64,000 bases of DNA, from the NCBI GenBank assembly GCA_049604715.1, contig JBMYTV010000001.1:91610-155609 (forward strand), in the 5' to 3' direction. This stretch comes from Patescibacteria group bacterium (GTDB taxonomy: Bacteria > Patescibacteriota > Patescibacteriia > S139-126 > S139-133). Positions 62,618-64,000 of the stretch are shown here, in pieces. The notes beneath the pieces are model-generated. The model worked only from the letters and a program-made list of their open reading frames with translations, was not told the origin of the DNA and did no database searches. How positions within the stretch are numbered: position 1 is the stretch's first letter; each line of letters opens with the position of its first letter. The translations under genes were made by a program, and so were the position numbers.

Positions 62618-64000
62618 ATGGACGCACGAGTAAACAGAAAAGCGCCAAAATCCATCAAGGAATATTTGGCCGATATTAAGGAAACCATCGATGTATTTCG
62701 TTGGGTTGCTAGTGTGCTGATGGTTGATGAGACAAAACAATGGGTTAAACGCATGCTTATTTGGATGGTTATATCTGTTTCATCATCAATCGCACTACCA
62801 CTTCTTATTCGCTTGGTAATTGATGGACTCACTGAGCGAGACCAGCAGTACATTATGATTGGTATTGTTGGTTATGCAATAATTTTTACCATCAACGCAT
62901 TTGCAGCACACCGGCAGTCAGTTGCGCGAGAGTGGATACTAGGGCTCAACTGGGGACGACTTGATGATATGATTACACGGAAGTTTTTTGAGAAAAGTAT
63001 GAATCAGCATATTTTGCATGGCAGCATGCTCAGTATCTCAAATATTGATAAGGGTCGCTGGAAAGTTCTTGATTTGCAGGGCTTAGTATTGTTTGAAGGT
63101 CTCCCAGTTATTCTTACTACTTTGGTTTCATTTATTGCGCTGGCCATTATTAGTCCAATTGCAGGACTTATCATGGGGATTATTTTGCTGGTTCATTTTA
63201 GTTGGATGTTATTTTTGAACAGCAAAACTGTTCAGGAGTGTTTGCCAATTGAACGCGAGCTTAGAAGTCTCAACCGATACCGTATTGGACGTTGGGAGGC
63301 GATGGAAAGAGTAAAGACAAGCGGCAAGGAAGCTCATGAAAGTGAGCACATGGCAAAGCGTTTTGATGAATCAATCCGAAAGGATAGAAAATTCTGGGTA
63401 TGGTTTATTGGGCAAAGTTCTATCAGGGGGTACATTAACATTATCGCTCAGTTGGCTATTATGTTATATGGTGTATATCTTGTATGGAATGGTGCGTGGA
63501 CTGTAGGCCTGCTTTATCCGCTCATGAGTTGGACTATGCAACTAACAAGTAACATTTGGCGTTTTGGACATCTTGAGTATCAACTTAATTGGAATATGCC
63601 AGCAGTAAAATCAATGAAAGAAGCGCTTGAGATAGTTCCTGAGTTTGAACGCCGTCCTGATGCTTTGAAATTATCAGATACCGGAAGTGAGAAGGTTAGT
63701 GTATCTTTTGAAAACGTTTCTTATGCATATCCGATTGTGACAGATCCAGAAAGCCATGAATTATCTGAAAATAGTCAATTGCACACACTTAAAGGAATCA
63801 CTTTCAAAATTGATGAGGGAGAAAAAGTCGCTTTGATTGGTGAGAGTGGAGCTGGCAAAACAACTGTCATGAGACTTTTGTTACGCTTCACTGACCCAAC
63901 AAGCGGTATCATCCGAGTAAACGGACATGACCTAAGAGATATTGACTTAGAAGACTGGATGCACATGATCGGATATATTCCGCAGGAGTCTCAGGTCTTT
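62618..64000 (+). CDS. ABC transporter, fused permease/ATP-binding protein (exporter type), 3' end beyond the window
   Basis: ATG at 62618 preceded by AAGAGGAAAG. 6-TM N-terminal region. Walker A GESGAGKTT near the window end. Open to the last base, so absent from the ORF track. Confidence 0.8.
   Translation, partial: MDARVNRKAPKSIKEYLADIKETIDVFRWVASVLMVDETKQWVKRMLIWMVISVSSSIALPLLIRLVIDGLTERDQQYIMIGIVGYAIIFTINAFAAHRQSVAREWILGLNWGRLDDMITRKFFEKSMNQHILHGSMLSISNIDKGRWKVLDLQGLVLFEGLPVILTTLVSFIALAIISPIAGLIMGIILLVHFSWMLFLNSKTVQECLPIERELRSLNRYRIGRWEAMERVKTSGKEAHESEHMAKRFDESIRKDRKFWVWFIGQSSIRGYINIIAQLAIMLYGVYLVWNGAWTVGLLYPLMSWTMQLTSNIWRFGHLEYQLNWNMPAVKSMKEALEIVPEFERRPDALKLSDTGSEKVSVSFENVSYAYPIVTDPESHELSENSQLHTLKGITFKIDEGEKVALIGESGAGKTTVMRLLLRFTDPTSGIIRVNGHDLRDIDLEDWMHMIGYIPQESQVF

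Noticed and set aside
62575-62853. 92-aa minus-strand ORF
   Set aside because: Overlaps the start of the plus-strand ABC transporter gene, which has an RBS, TM region and Walker A.
1-64000. CRISPR arrays, rRNA genes, intact IS elements or prophage
   Set aside because: No regularly spaced direct repeats, no rRNA-like conserved stretches, and no transposase or integrase ORFs were seen. Only the degenerate remnant at 37182-37717 and the tRNA-associated repeat hint at past mobile DNA.

Overview
The window is a gene-dense, low-GC (roughly 38-42% by eye) bacterial chromosomal segment. Genes are small and tightly packed, intergenic regions are AT-rich, and most genes use AGGAG-type ribosome binding sites.

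The content is mostly housekeeping. Recognisable clusters are rpsF-ssb-rpsR with efp; ychF, folD, glyA, murI, trpS, uppS and pyrD; parA-parB; rel; and rpmB-topA-dprA followed by mfd, pth and der. There are three tRNA genes: two with a CAT anticodon and one tRNA-Leu(CAA).

Many small membrane or secreted proteins have no recognisable family, and several enzymes are unusual fusions. The gene repertoire and style are consistent with a reduced Patescibacteria/CPR-like genome, but that is inference only. No rRNA, CRISPR array or intact mobile element was seen.

Most notable observations:
- Elp3-like radical-SAM/GNAT enzyme with a divergent Trm9/ALKBH8-type methyltransferase: a eukaryote/archaea-style mcm5U tRNA wobble-modification pair whose divergent 5' ends overlap.
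- Glucosamine-6-phosphate deaminase fused to a PIG-L/LmbE-type deacetylase, next to an (alpha/alpha)6 glycoside hydrolase.
- PD-(D/E)XK (Cas4-like, Cys-cluster) nuclease translationally coupled to a DUF45/YgjP-type metallopeptidase, followed by a GC-rich degenerate gene remnant.
- VirB2/TrbC-like pilin candidate within a membrane-protein cluster that follows a DsbA-like oxidoreductase.
- Complete tRNA-Met with a partial 3'-end duplicate about 90 bp away, an att-site-like signature.
- Two near-consensus promoter-to-terminator units without long ORFs flanking a TrmB-family regulator. One is immediately upstream of a 73-aa GreA C-terminal-domain-only protein.
- Strong promoter, 15-bp perfect hairpin and an unannotated 57-aa ORF in the 730-bp gap upstream of ychF.
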